32,000 nucleotides of DNA from Halogeometricum borinquense DSM 11551. Lineage in GTDB: Archaea; Halobacteriota; Halobacteria; Halobacteriales; Haloferacaceae. Under the pieces are notes generated by a model, which searched no databases, had not been told where the DNA came from, and was given only the letters and a program-made list of their open reading frames with translations. The stretch covers positions 390,001-422,000 of the forward strand of contig NC_014729.1 of assembly GCF_000172995.2 (NCBI RefSeq), in the 5' to 3' direction. The number at the start of each line of letters is the position of its first letter. Position 1 is the stretch's first letter. The position numbers were made by a program, and so were the translations under genes. Of the stretch, positions 14,858 through 23,731 are shown in pieces.

Positions 14858-15706
14858 ATGGCTGAAAGCGAATACGAACACATGACTGTGGAACAGACGC
14901 AAAACAAAGGCGAACAAACCGACGTAGTAAGCGCGCTTGTCGGTGACGACCTGACGCTGTCGTATGCGACGACTGACCAGCCAGTCGTCGAGTGCGACAG
15001 AATCGACATTCCGCGCGGGGAGATAACCGCGCTCGTCGGTCCGAACGGCAGTGGGAAGAGTACGCTGTTGAAGGCGCTCTCGAAGCAACTCGCCCCAGAC
15101 ACCGGGAACGTCCTGCTCGACGGACAGACGATTCAGGAGTACGGCGACAAGGAGTTCGCCCGCGAACTCGGACTGCTCTCCCAAGAAAACGACTCTCCGA
15201 ACACGATTACCGTCGAAGAGTTGGCCTACCACGGTCGCTATCCGCACCGCGGCTTCTTCGAACAGGTTAGCGAGGAAGACGAGGAGGCAGTCGAACGCGC
15301 CATCGACCTCGCCGGCGTCGATCACATTCGCGACCAGACGGTCGGCAATCTCAGTGGCGGCCAAAAGCAACTCGCGTGGATTGCGATGGTACTCGCACAG
15401 GATACCGATGTGCTTCTCCTCGACGAACCGACGACGTATCTCGACTTACACCACCAACTCCGCGTGATGGAAACGGTCCAACAACTGAACGACCGGCGCG
15501 ACGTAACCATCGCCGTTGTGCTCCACGACATCGCCCAAGCCGCCCGCTTTGCCGACTATCTCATCGCGCTGCAAGACGGTGAGGTGTACGACTGGGGACC
15601 GCCGCGCGAAGTCGTTACCGAGGAACTCCTCGCGGATGTGTTCCGTGTTGAAGCAGCCGTGTCTTACACGCCAGATCCCGAAATAATCCCCAAACATTCA
15701 CTGTAG
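14858..15706 (+). CDS. ABC transporter ATP-binding protein (FecE/BtuD type)
   Basis: Walker A GPNGSGKST, signature LSGGQKQ, Walker B VLLLDEPT and H-loop VLHD. The ATG immediately follows the permease stop. Confidence 0.9.
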   Translation: MAESEYEHMTVEQTQNKGEQTDVVSALVGDDLTLSYATTDQPVVECDRIDIPRGEITALVGPNGSGKSTLLKALSKQLAPDTGNVLLDGQTIQEYGDKEFARELGLLSQENDSPNTITVEELAYHGRYPHRGFFEQVSEEDEEAVERAIDLAGVDHIRDQTVGNLSGGQKQLAWIAMVLAQDTDVLLLDEPTTYLDLHHQLRVMETVQQLNDRRDVTIAVVLHDIAQAARFADYLIALQDGEVYDWGPPREVVTEELLADVFRVEAAVSYTPDPEIIPKHSL

Positions 15707-15864
15707 CGTTCGCGTTTTCTGACCGTCTGTCATCGCGGACGAAACGAGTTTCAAACGGTAGCCAGACCTGCGGGTGTTCTCCTCTGCCGCGGTCACGAAA
15801 GCCAGACCACAGAAAAATTCCAGCACGCCGTCGTCTCACACATACACAGCACTCACTGCCAGCG

Positions 15865-16182
15865 TTACGCAGTCGCGTTCGACCGCGTTGGCCCCGTGGC
15901 GGCCGCGGACACGAGGAGAGCGACGGCGACGGGAAGTGCGGCGAGACCGACGGTAAACTGCCAGAACCCGAAAAGAAACAGACCGATCACACCGACGAGC
16001 GCCACGCCGAGCCGATTGGTCACCACGCCGAACGCGCCGACCCAGCCCGCACCGGCCATCACCCCGAACAGGACGAAACGACTCGTGCTGTATCCGGGCC
16101 GCGGAAGCAACGCGAGGAGGGCGAACGTCAGTGCGGTGGCGGCGATGACTGCGATCGATCGCCCGAGTTCCTCATAGCCCAT
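15865..16182 (-). CDS. small membrane protein (105 aa), unknown function
   Basis: ATG start and three or four hydrophobic helices. No known motif. Confidence 0.5.
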   Translation of the reverse strand: MGYEELGRSIAVIAATALTFALLALLPRPGYSTSRFVLFGVMAGAGWVGAFGVVTNRLGVALVGVIGLFLFGFWQFTVGLAALPVAVALLVSAAATGPTRSNATA

Positions 16183-16252
16183 ACTTGTTGTTATATATCT
16201 GAACTGTTTCAGTGTTTCGACGGCTGTACTCCCGCTCTTCCGAGCAGGGAGA

Positions 16253-17419
16253 TCAGTCAGCGCCGCGTGTGAGTCGGAGGAACGCCCGCGTCGGCACGCG
16301 CGTTTCCACTCGACTCGGCGGACGACCCGCGCCGTTCGTCTCTTTGACGGGCACGCGTTCGACGATGCCCGATTCGGCGAATTCGTAGAGATAGCGCGTG
16401 ATGGTGCTCTCAGACAGAGATGCCGCGGACGCGATTGTTGACGCGGCGCGGCCGACTGACGACCGGTCCGTCGCGTCGAGTGCTACGAGACGGCGGAGGA
16501 CGGTCAGGCGGTTCTCAGAAAGCGTGAGGACGCGACCTAAAGCGATGCACGGACGCGGGACGGACTCCATCCCGGCGTCGAGGTGGTCGTCTTCGATCAC
16601 GCCGCTGTCGTCGTCGAGTGCGATGTCAACCGCGCCGAGAAGTGCCGCGAGTGCGTCGTGTGCGTCGCCGTCGGCCCATGCCGCGAGTCGTCGGAGCTGC
16701 TGATGCGTCGTCGCGTTTCTCGTTAGCCCGGTCGAAACGCGAGCGGTCAACAGGTCTGTGAGTTCAGCGCGGTGGTATGGCTCGACAGTGACCGTTCTCG
16801 TCGCTCGCGGATCGGGGAGTACCTCTTCGGGGTCCGTTCGCCCGACAGCAACCCACGAGGTTCGGTGACCGAGACTCTCTAGTTCCCCGGCGAACGATGC
16901 CAACCGGTCGGTTCCGTTCTCGTCAGCGTGGTCCATCGCCACTACGAGAATACGCCCGCCGCGGAGATGACGACTGACGCGAGTCCGGAGATCAGTCGTC
17001 GAGAGTCCACGTTGTGGGATGGATTCGCTCGTCATCGCATCAAGAATCGTATGGTAAAACTCGAACTCGCTCGTCGCTTCGCGGAGGTCCACGTACGCGA
17101 ACGACCGCGTGTCGGCACTCCCACCGCGCGTCGTCGTCACGATTGAATCTTCCGGCGACGAAAGCAGTCGGGTGAACTGCGAGAACAGCGCCGAGACGAC
17201 GGCTGACTTTCCCGATCCGGCGGGACCGTGAACGTAGACGTTCTCCGGCGTTCGGTGTTCGAAAACCGGCTCGAGTCGGTCGAGGAGTCGTTCGATGGTC
17301 GGTCCTCGCCCCGTCGGCTCCGGGGAGTGCCAGACCGGACTCAACGAGGCCTCTTCGAGGACTAACTGTCGTCTATCACCGCGTCGTTTGCGTTGAAGGA
17401 TTCGTTCTTCGAGGTTCAT
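16253..17419 (-). CDS. Orc1/Cdc6-like AAA+ ATPase paralogue with a C-terminal winged helix
   Basis: PTGRGPTIERLLDRLEPVF precedes Walker A VHGPAGSGKSA. Walker B is ILVVAMDHADE. The C-terminal wHTH is ESTITRYLYEFAESGIVERV. Confidence 0.7.
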   Translation of the reverse strand: MNLEERILQRKRRGDRRQLVLEEASLSPVWHSPEPTGRGPTIERLLDRLEPVFEHRTPENVYVHGPAGSGKSAVVSALFSQFTRLLSSPEDSIVTTTRGGSADTRSFAYVDLREATSEFEFYHTILDAMTSESIPQRGLSTTDLRTRVSRHLRGGRILVVAMDHADENGTDRLASFAGELESLGHRTSWVAVGRTDPEEVLPDPRATRTVTVEPYHRAELTDLLTARVSTGLTRNATTHQQLRRLAAWADGDAHDALAALLGAVDIALDDDSGVIEDDHLDAGMESVPRPCIALGRVLTLSENRLTVLRRLVALDATDRSSVGRAASTIASAASLSESTITRYLYEFAESGIVERVPVKETNGAGRPPSRVETRVPTRAFLRLTRGAD

Positions 17420-17492
17420 CCGAGCTGCTGTATCCGTGTGGTTGGATGGTTGGGGTGGGAGATGAAGGTACTCCCGGTCGTGCGAGAGCGAC

Positions 17493-18563
17493 TTAGAGAG
17501 GGAGATACACCGAGGTGGGAATGACGCCTGCGAAGTAGAGCACTGCGATGAGAACCGTCACGAGGACGATTGCCATCGCCGGCGGGTCCACGTGGGTTCC
17601 GGAGTGCGAGTAGAAGATGCGCTGCGTGAGTTCACCGAGGAGACCGCTGAGCGCGCCGAAGACGCCAGCAGCCAGCAGGATGGCGATGGGACTCCCGACT
17701 GTGGCGGCCGCGACGGCCGCGCCGCTTGCTCCCATCAGGGTGATGTGGTGAGTCACGGGAATCTTCTCGACGCCGAGGTTGAGGAACAGCAGGCTCATCG
17801 CCGAGATACCGTAGCCGAGGAAGAAGCTCCCCGTCTTCAGCCAGATGTAACCGCCGAGAATCCCACCGACGAGTCCGATCACGGTGACGCCGGACCACTT
17901 GTACTGGTGGGGAAGCCACGGCTCGGTCGCCGGTCTGACGGTTTCGACGCCGCCGTCAGTCGCCACGCGCTCTTCGCCACGCTCGAAGGGAGACATGTCG
18001 AGCAGACTGTTTCCGGCCGCGCTACCAATCAGTGGGTAGCTGAAGACGACGCGGGCGATCATTGCCGACAGGAACACCGTCAGCGCGATGGTGTCGGTCG
18101 GGAACCCGAGTCCGATAGCGATTTGATTGATGATCGCGCCGAGTCCGCCGAACAGGGCACCGACGGCGAGAATGTCGGGCTTCGTCCCGAAGGCGTAGGT
18201 AATCTCCTTCCCGAAGTGATAGCCCTCTTCGGGACCCATCTCGGGGTACTTTTTCCCTGCATAGGCACTCGCGGCAACACCGCCAGCGAAGGCGATGTGC
18301 GGGCCGGTGATGGCACCGAAGCCGATAACGCCAGTCAGGCCGGTGGCGACTTCGCCGCCGGGGATACCGCTGAGCGTAGCGAGGTTCCCTTCGAGAATCG
18401 CCAGTCCCTCTCCGAGGAACACCACGAAGCCGGTGAAGATGAACGCCGGGAGCGCACCGATGGCTGCCCCGAATGCCCCGCCTGCGAGGGCGGTGATGAA
18501 CAGGACCGCGAACGCTTCGGCACCCATATCGATGACCGGGAGTTGGAGCATGAGTTCGTTCAT
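17493..18563 (-). CDS. polytopic membrane protein coupled to glpK; candidate glycerol/metabolite transporter
   Basis: About 9-10 Gly/Ala-rich TM helices. The ATG lies 3 nt after the glpK stop. The position matches the putative facilitator gene that follows glpK in Haloferax volcanii (recalled from the literature). Confidence 0.7.
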   Translation of the reverse strand: MNELMLQLPVIDMGAEAFAVLFITALAGGAFGAAIGALPAFIFTGFVVFLGEGLAILEGNLATLSGIPGGEVATGLTGVIGFGAITGPHIAFAGGVAASAYAGKKYPEMGPEEGYHFGKEITYAFGTKPDILAVGALFGGLGAIINQIAIGLGFPTDTIALTVFLSAMIARVVFSYPLIGSAAGNSLLDMSPFERGEERVATDGGVETVRPATEPWLPHQYKWSGVTVIGLVGGILGGYIWLKTGSFFLGYGISAMSLLFLNLGVEKIPVTHHITLMGASGAAVAAATVGSPIAILLAAGVFGALSGLLGELTQRIFYSHSGTHVDPPAMAIVLVTVLIAVLYFAGVIPTSVYLPL

Positions 18564-18566
18564 GAA

Positions 18567-20102
18567 TTACTCCTCCCGTGCCCAATCGAGCGAGCGGTCA
18601 ACTGCTTCCTTCCAGCGGCCGTAGCGCCCATCGACGTTTTCGGCGTCGTCGTCGGGAGAGAACTCCCGGTCGACCTGCCAGTTGTTTCGGAGTTCGTCGA
18701 GATTACTCCAGTAGCCGACGGCCAGTCCGGCCGCGTAGGCGGCACCGAGCGCCGTCGTCTCGTCAACCATCGGTCGCACGATGTCCGTGCCGACGATGTT
18801 CGACTGGAGTTGGCAGAGGAAGTTGTTCTTGACTGCGCCGCCATCGACACGAAGCGTCGAGAGGTCGATGCCGCTGTCTTCCTCCATGGCTTCGGCAACG
18901 TCGCGGGTCTGGAACGCGATGGATTCGAGCGTGGCGCGAACGACGTGTTCGCGGCGGGTGCCGCGGGTCATGCCGAGGATAGTACCGCGGGCACGCTGGT
19001 CCCAGTGAGGTGCGCCGAGTCCGGTGAACGCGGGGACGAAGTAGACGCCGTCGGTCGAATCGACAGAGCGGGCGAGTTCTTCGGTTTCGGCGGCGTCGTC
19101 GATGAGGCTCACGTCTTCGAGCCACTCGATAGCCGCGCCGGTGATGAAGATGGAACCCTCAAGCGCGTACTGGACGGGTTCGCCCGAGCGCTGGAAGCCA
19201 ACGGTGGTCAGCAGGCCGTGTTCGCTCATGACGGCCTCGTCGCCGGTGTTCATGAGCATGAACGAGCCAGTGCCGTACGTGTTCTTCGCGTCGCCAGCGT
19301 CGAAACAGGTCTGACCGAACAGCGCGGCCTGTTGGTCCCCGAGCGCGCCCGCGACGGGGATTTCTGCTTCAAGGAAGCCGTCCGAGTCGGTCGTTCCGTA
19401 CAGGTCCTCGTCCGACGATGGCCGAACTTCCGGCAGCATCGCCTTCGGCACGTCGAACTCTTCGAGGAGTTCGTCGTCCCAATCCATGTCGTGGATGTTG
19501 AACAACATGGTGCGGGAGGCGTTGGTCACGTCGGTGACGTGCGCGCCCGTGAGTTTGTAGGTGACCCACGTGTCGATAGTACCGAACATGAGCTCGCCTT
19601 CCTCCGCCCGTTCGCGCACATCGTCGGGGCGCATGCGAGCGAGTTTGATGGGGTCGGCGTTGTCGAGGAGCCACTCGGCTTTCGTTGCTGAGAAGTATGC
19701 GTCGGGTTCGAGACCGGTCTTCTCGCGGACCCACTCCTCTTTACCCTCGTCTTGGAGCGTCTCGACGCGGTCGGTCGTCCGGCGGTCCTGCCACACGATG
19801 GCGTTGTACACCGGTCGTCCGCTTTCTTTGTCCCAGATAAGCGTCGTCTCACGCTGGTTGGTGATGCCGATTGCATCCAACTGCTCGGCGTCGAGGCCGG
19901 CCTCTTCGAGCGCCGTCAGCATCACAGCCTGCGTGTTCTCCCAAATCTCCTCGGGGTCGTGTTCGACCCATCCCGGTTCGGGATAAATCTGCTCGTGCTT
20001 CTGGTACGCGTTCGCTACGACTCGCCCGTCGTGGTCGAAGACCATGAAACGGGTTCCTGTGGTGCCTTGGTCGATTGCACCGACGTACGTGTCTTCGGTC
20101 AT
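18567..20102 (-). CDS. glpK: glycerol kinase
   Basis: MTEDTYVGAIDQGTTGTRF (FGGY N-terminal motif), ITNQRETT, and GALGDQQAALFGQ ... VDGGA. The ATG at 20100-20102 is preferred over the upstream track start. Confidence 0.95.
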   Translation of the reverse strand: MTEDTYVGAIDQGTTGTRFMVFDHDGRVVANAYQKHEQIYPEPGWVEHDPEEIWENTQAVMLTALEEAGLDAEQLDAIGITNQRETTLIWDKESGRPVYNAIVWQDRRTTDRVETLQDEGKEEWVREKTGLEPDAYFSATKAEWLLDNADPIKLARMRPDDVRERAEEGELMFGTIDTWVTYKLTGAHVTDVTNASRTMLFNIHDMDWDDELLEEFDVPKAMLPEVRPSSDEDLYGTTDSDGFLEAEIPVAGALGDQQAALFGQTCFDAGDAKNTYGTGSFMLMNTGDEAVMSEHGLLTTVGFQRSGEPVQYALEGSIFITGAAIEWLEDVSLIDDAAETEELARSVDSTDGVYFVPAFTGLGAPHWDQRARGTILGMTRGTRREHVVRATLESIAFQTRDVAEAMEEDSGIDLSTLRVDGGAVKNNFLCQLQSNIVGTDIVRPMVDETTALGAAYAAGLAVGYWSNLDELRNNWQVDREFSPDDDAENVDGRYGRWKEAVDRSLDWAREE

Positions 20103-20456
20103 GCTTCGTTCGGTCACGGCCCGAATTTTACTCTCGGTGCCGCCCTCTGGATAAGAATACCATATGTTCATGATAAACTTTTCCCTCTTAGTTAGGTACT
20201 ACCACATTCAGTTCCGGTTGTGTTCATCCGGGAGAGGCCGTCTAAACCTGTTTCAACCCATAATCGGTTCAAAATCTTGATTTTGGCGCAATTTCTACTG
20301 AATGTAGGATAGGCGGCTCGTAGCGGAGGATAACGGCTTTTGACTCACAGTTTGGAGTAGTGGTAGAAAAATTCGGGCATCGAGGTGCGGTTCGGCCGTG
20401 CGCAGTGTCTACCTCACCGAGCAAACTACGTAACTGGTGCCTGTAATCGAACGGGT

Positions 20457-21881
20457 ATGTCTGATCCGTTTGTCGTCGTCGGTGGCGATGCTGCCGGTCT
20501 CTCGGCGGCGAGCAAGTGCAGGCGCGAAGACCCGGAGAGAGCGGTCCTCGTGTTCGAGAAGGGCCGATGGGTCTCATACGCGCACTGCGGGACCCCGTAC
20601 TTCGTGAAAGGCGAGGTGGACTCACTCACCGACCTCCTTTCGCTCTCGCCCGCGGATATCGAAGACCGCGGCATCGACCTCCGACGCGAACACGAGGTCG
20701 TTGCTGTCGATACTGACGCACAGACGGTGACGGTTCGCGGTCCGGACAGTAAGTTCACCCAATCATACGGTGATCTTCTCGTGGCGACCGGCGGCAGTGC
20801 CGTTTCCGCCCCCATCGAAGGATTCCATCTCGACGGCGCGTTTACCATGCACGGTCTCGACCACGCCGCCGCAGTTCGGGCCTTCCTCGCGGACCCCGGG
20901 GAGTTCTCCGTCGGCGACCTCGGAGGTGCCACGGACGTAGACCGTGACATGGCTGCCCGGTACGGTGCGATGGAACCACCCGAGACGGTCGCTGTCGTCG
21001 GTGGTGGCTACGTCGGCGTCGAGATGGCTGAGGCGTTCTCCGCACACGACTTGGATGTCCACGTCTTCCAGCGACCGAACCGACTCCTCTCGCCGTTCGG
21101 TGAGGCAGTCGGAGAACGGGTGGCCGACCACCTGCGCGAGCAGGGCGTCACGCTCCATCTGGGCGAAGAAGTCGCAGCACTCCGCGGGGAAGGGCAGGTC
21201 GAAACGGTCGTCTGCGGGTCGGGAACCAAACTTGCCGTCGATGCCGCACTCGTCGGTATCGGTATCCAGCCGAACACAGCCCTCATCGAGGAGACGCCCG
21301 TCGAACTCGGTGACTCCGGCGCTATTGCCACCGACGAATTCGGACGTACGACCGTCGAGAACGTCTACGCTGCGGGGGACGTCGCAGAGATGCGGCACGT
21401 CGTTACCGACGATCCGACGTGGGACCCACTCGGTCTCCCGGCAAACCGCGCGGGTCGAGCAATCGGTTCGACGGTGGCGGGAACCCCCGAACCTGTTGGC
21501 GGCGTCGCCGGAACGGCGGTGGTGAAAGCGTTCGAGTTGGAGTGTGGACGAGCGGGAATACTCGACTACGAACGCGCCCGGACGGCCGGATTCGACCCCG
21601 TTTCCGAGACGATTACTGCGGGCTCGCGGTCCGGTTACTACCCGGGCGGGTCCGAGACGACGGTGACGCTCACTGCTGACCGGAGTTCCGGCCGACTTCT
21701 CGGTGGGAGCATTGTGGGTGCCGACCGCGCAGCTATCAGAATCGATACTATTGCTACCGCACTCGGTTCGAAGATGACGGTCGCAGAACTCGAACGACAG
21801 GATCTTGCCTATGCTCCGCCGTTTAGCCCAGTTTGGGATCCGATCCTCGTCGCCGCCAAAGTTCTCGGCGGCCGTCTATAG
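20457..21881 (+). CDS. FAD-dependent pyridine nucleotide-disulfide oxidoreductase (CoA-disulfide reductase / NADH oxidase family)
   Basis: The ATG at 20457 gives MSDPFVVVGGDAAGLSAA (FAD GxGxxG). A single redox Cys sits in the context VSYAHCGTPYF. The second Rossmann motif is VVGGGYVGVEMAE, followed by YAAGD. Confidence 0.85.
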   Translation: MSDPFVVVGGDAAGLSAASKCRREDPERAVLVFEKGRWVSYAHCGTPYFVKGEVDSLTDLLSLSPADIEDRGIDLRREHEVVAVDTDAQTVTVRGPDSKFTQSYGDLLVATGGSAVSAPIEGFHLDGAFTMHGLDHAAAVRAFLADPGEFSVGDLGGATDVDRDMAARYGAMEPPETVAVVGGGYVGVEMAEAFSAHDLDVHVFQRPNRLLSPFGEAVGERVADHLREQGVTLHLGEEVAALRGEGQVETVVCGSGTKLAVDAALVGIGIQPNTALIEETPVELGDSGAIATDEFGRTTVENVYAAGDVAEMRHVVTDDPTWDPLGLPANRAGRAIGSTVAGTPEPVGGVAGTAVVKAFELECGRAGILDYERARTAGFDPVSETITAGSRSGYYPGGSETTVTLTADRSSGRLLGGSIVGADRAAIRIDTIATALGSKMTVAELERQDLAYAPPFSPVWDPILVAAKVLGGRL

Positions 21882-21966
21882 TCTTCGCTCAGTAGCTCGT
21901 CACCCCCCATCGTTATTGATATTGAAAACCCTAGAGTAATATTATCTGAATGTATAGCTCCCGAAC

Positions 21967-22614
21967 ATGAGATTGGTCTGCCGTGAGGATTCAGTCGGTC
22001 ATACAGGTCGTCGTGGGCAGGTTGGTATCGGAACGCTCGTTGTTTTCATTGCGATGGTTCTGGTCGCCGCGCTCGCTGCTGGGGTGCTGATACATACGGC
22101 TTCCTTCCTGCAAGCCACCGCCGAAGACGCCGGGAAAGAGAGCATCGACCGCGTCGTCAACGGCGTTGAAGTCGTCACTACCGCCGGACACGTCACGGAC
22201 GGAGACGACGGGTCAGTGGACACGGTTCGTCTCTGGGTCCGACCTCGTCCCGCTGCTGGCGACATAAACGTCTCTCGGCTCACCGTCAAGTGGGTGGGCG
22301 AACAGGCTGGACAAAGTCTCACGTTCTCCGGCACAGATCCTGTTTCACCGTCCACCGCAAGTGACGCGCACACGACGTTCAACGCATCCGAGAGCATCGG
22401 TGACGGTGACAAGATACTCGAACAGGGCGAAGAATTCGTCCTCTACTTCAATGTCTCACAGATCGAGAGCGGTGACGCCGACCCGGCGAATCTGGCCCCT
22501 CTCCATCCCGGTGATCAGGCGACTACTGAGATTACCGTCGCTACGGGAAGTACTTCCGCCGCCTACCTTACGGTCCCTGACTACTCGGGTAACGCGACGT
22601 ACGTCCGACTCTAA
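21967..22614 (+). CDS. archaellin (archaeal flagellin domain) protein, isolated copy
   Basis: Class III signal and hydrophobic N-terminus: RRGQVGIGTLVVFIAMVLVAALAAGVLIHTASFLQ, followed by a beta-rich acidic domain. Confidence 0.8.
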   Translation: MRLVCREDSVGHTGRRGQVGIGTLVVFIAMVLVAALAAGVLIHTASFLQATAEDAGKESIDRVVNGVEVVTTAGHVTDGDDGSVDTVRLWVRPRPAAGDINVSRLTVKWVGEQAGQSLTFSGTDPVSPSTASDAHTTFNASESIGDGDKILEQGEEFVLYFNVSQIESGDADPANLAPLHPGDQATTEITVATGSTSAAYLTVPDYSGNATYVRL

Positions 22615-22617
22615 CGG

Positions 22618-22803
22618 TTACTCGAATTCGACACGACAGGTCGTTCCGGTCGCTAACCCCTCATGTTCGATGTGCGCCGCGAGACACCCGTACGTGCAGA
22701 ACGCACCCGTCTGCGTGCGCGTTCCGTCAACGAGTTCTTCCACGTACACTGGGGCGTGCGCCGTCACGTCGCATCCGCAGTAATCGCACGCTGTTTGACT
22801 CAT
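22618..22803 (-). CDS. small Cys-motif protein (61 aa), TRASH-like metal-binding module
   Basis: C-x2-C-x26-C-x3-C pattern (CDYC ... CTYGC). ATG start and acidic composition. It lies next to an Lrp-TRASH regulator on the same strand. Confidence 0.6.
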   Translation of the reverse strand: MSQTACDYCGCDVTAHAPVYVEELVDGTRTQTGAFCTYGCLAAHIEHEGLATGTTCRVEFE

Positions 22804-22894
22804 CGGTTCGGTCTACGGCGTCTACACTTACATCGTTGTCTCAGCAACAACCCGGTTACCGACTGATGCCGACTGCTCTTTGAATCCACCAAAA

Positions 22895-23488
22895 TTACTC
22901 CGCATCGGCGCTGAACCGCTCGTACTGTTCGCGGAACCGGGCGGCACACGACGGACAGCAAAAGTGGTACTGGTTTCCACCGATCCGGTCGCTCTCGCCT
23001 TCGCTCGTCACGGTGTTACCGCATTCGGCACAGGTGAGTGCAAACTCCGTCCCGCCAACGCTCGGCACCCACTCCATCTCCGAGACAATTGTCACGTCGT
23101 AATCAGTAACGCGTTTCAGATCAACCACCTCGTCGATACCCTCGCGGACGGCGTCCGAACGGAACCGTGCGGAGAACACCACGTCGCCCTCGACGGTGAC
23201 GAAGACGTGTTCGACTCCCTCTGACTCGCGTAGGTTGTCTGTAACTGCTGCAACTTCCGTTGACGGAAGGTCCAATCGGACGAGGACGGGGACGCCCGCA
23301 CGAAGTTGCGAGCGGTCGAGATCGAGGGTGAACCGTCTGATGACACCGGACTCGCGGAGTTTATCCACTCGGTCGGAGACCGCGGGTGGCGAGAGATCAA
23401 CTTGCTCAGCGATGTCGCTGAACGGTCGTCTCGCGTCTTCGGTGAGGAGTTCGAGTATCTGGAGGTCGGTCTCGTCCAACTCGCGCAT
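22895..23488 (-). CDS. Lrp/AsnC-family transcription regulator fused to a C-terminal TRASH metal-sensing domain
   Basis: The N-terminal HTH is LDETDLQILELLTEDARRPFSDIAEQVDLSPPAVSDRVDKLRESGVI. The C-terminus CAECGNTV...QYHFCCPSC matches C-x2-C-x20-C-x3-C. Confidence 0.85.
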   Translation of the reverse strand: MRELDETDLQILELLTEDARRPFSDIAEQVDLSPPAVSDRVDKLRESGVIRRFTLDLDRSQLRAGVPVLVRLDLPSTEVAAVTDNLRESEGVEHVFVTVEGDVVFSARFRSDAVREGIDEVVDLKRVTDYDVTIVSEMEWVPSVGGTEFALTCAECGNTVTSEGESDRIGGNQYHFCCPSCAARFREQYERFSADAE

Positions 23489-23731
23489 GCTGTCATCGTT
23501 GCCTCCTGGGTAGATGTGTTTTGCCCCTGACTAGCTCTAGATTATGCCGTTCGTTCGCTCCGAAAATTTGTTTTTGAAAGTATATCCTGGGCGGAATTAA
23601 TGTTAAACAAAAAACATATGGGTGGTAGGGATATCCGAGCGGCTGTTACACGGCTGCTACTGTCTCTATTCGGCACTCTATAACGAAGCGCATGGCTCGT
23701 CCTCGTAAGCGTAGAGGTCACCGAAACCACA

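Noticed and set aside
14564-15370. 268-aa minus-strand ORF
   Set aside because: It is antisense to the ABC permease/ATPase junction. The ABC genes carry Walker A/B and signature motifs, and the antisense product has none.
17592-19691. 699-aa plus-strand ORF, the longest in the window
   Set aside because: It lies entirely antisense to glpK and the coupled membrane gene, both of which have unmistakable family motifs. Its translation is an Arg/Gly/Asp-rich string with no motifs, as expected for a stop-poor antisense frame in GC-rich DNA.
20255-20285. tRNA-like T-arm sequences: GGTTCAAAATC here and GGTTCGAATTGG near 31811
   Set aside because: Neither matches GGTTCRAATCC exactly. Neither has a complementary acceptor stem or a D/anticodon arm around it. 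The second lies inside the M20 peptidase CDS.
20204-20305. 9-nt inverted repeat (ACATTCAGT / ACTGAATGT) 84 nt apart in the glpK / oxidoreductase divergent promoter region
   Set aside because: It is short and widely spaced, so a chance occurrence is plausible in 285 bp. No known regulator motif was recognised. It is noted only as something to test if the glpK promoter is studied.
20763-21398. 211-aa minus-strand ORF, plus several other 100-190 aa ORFs in the 20.4-21.9 kb interval
   Set aside because: They overlap the flavoprotein oxidoreductase, which has clear GxGxxG and redox-Cys motifs. The alternatives are Arg/Ser/Pro-rich.
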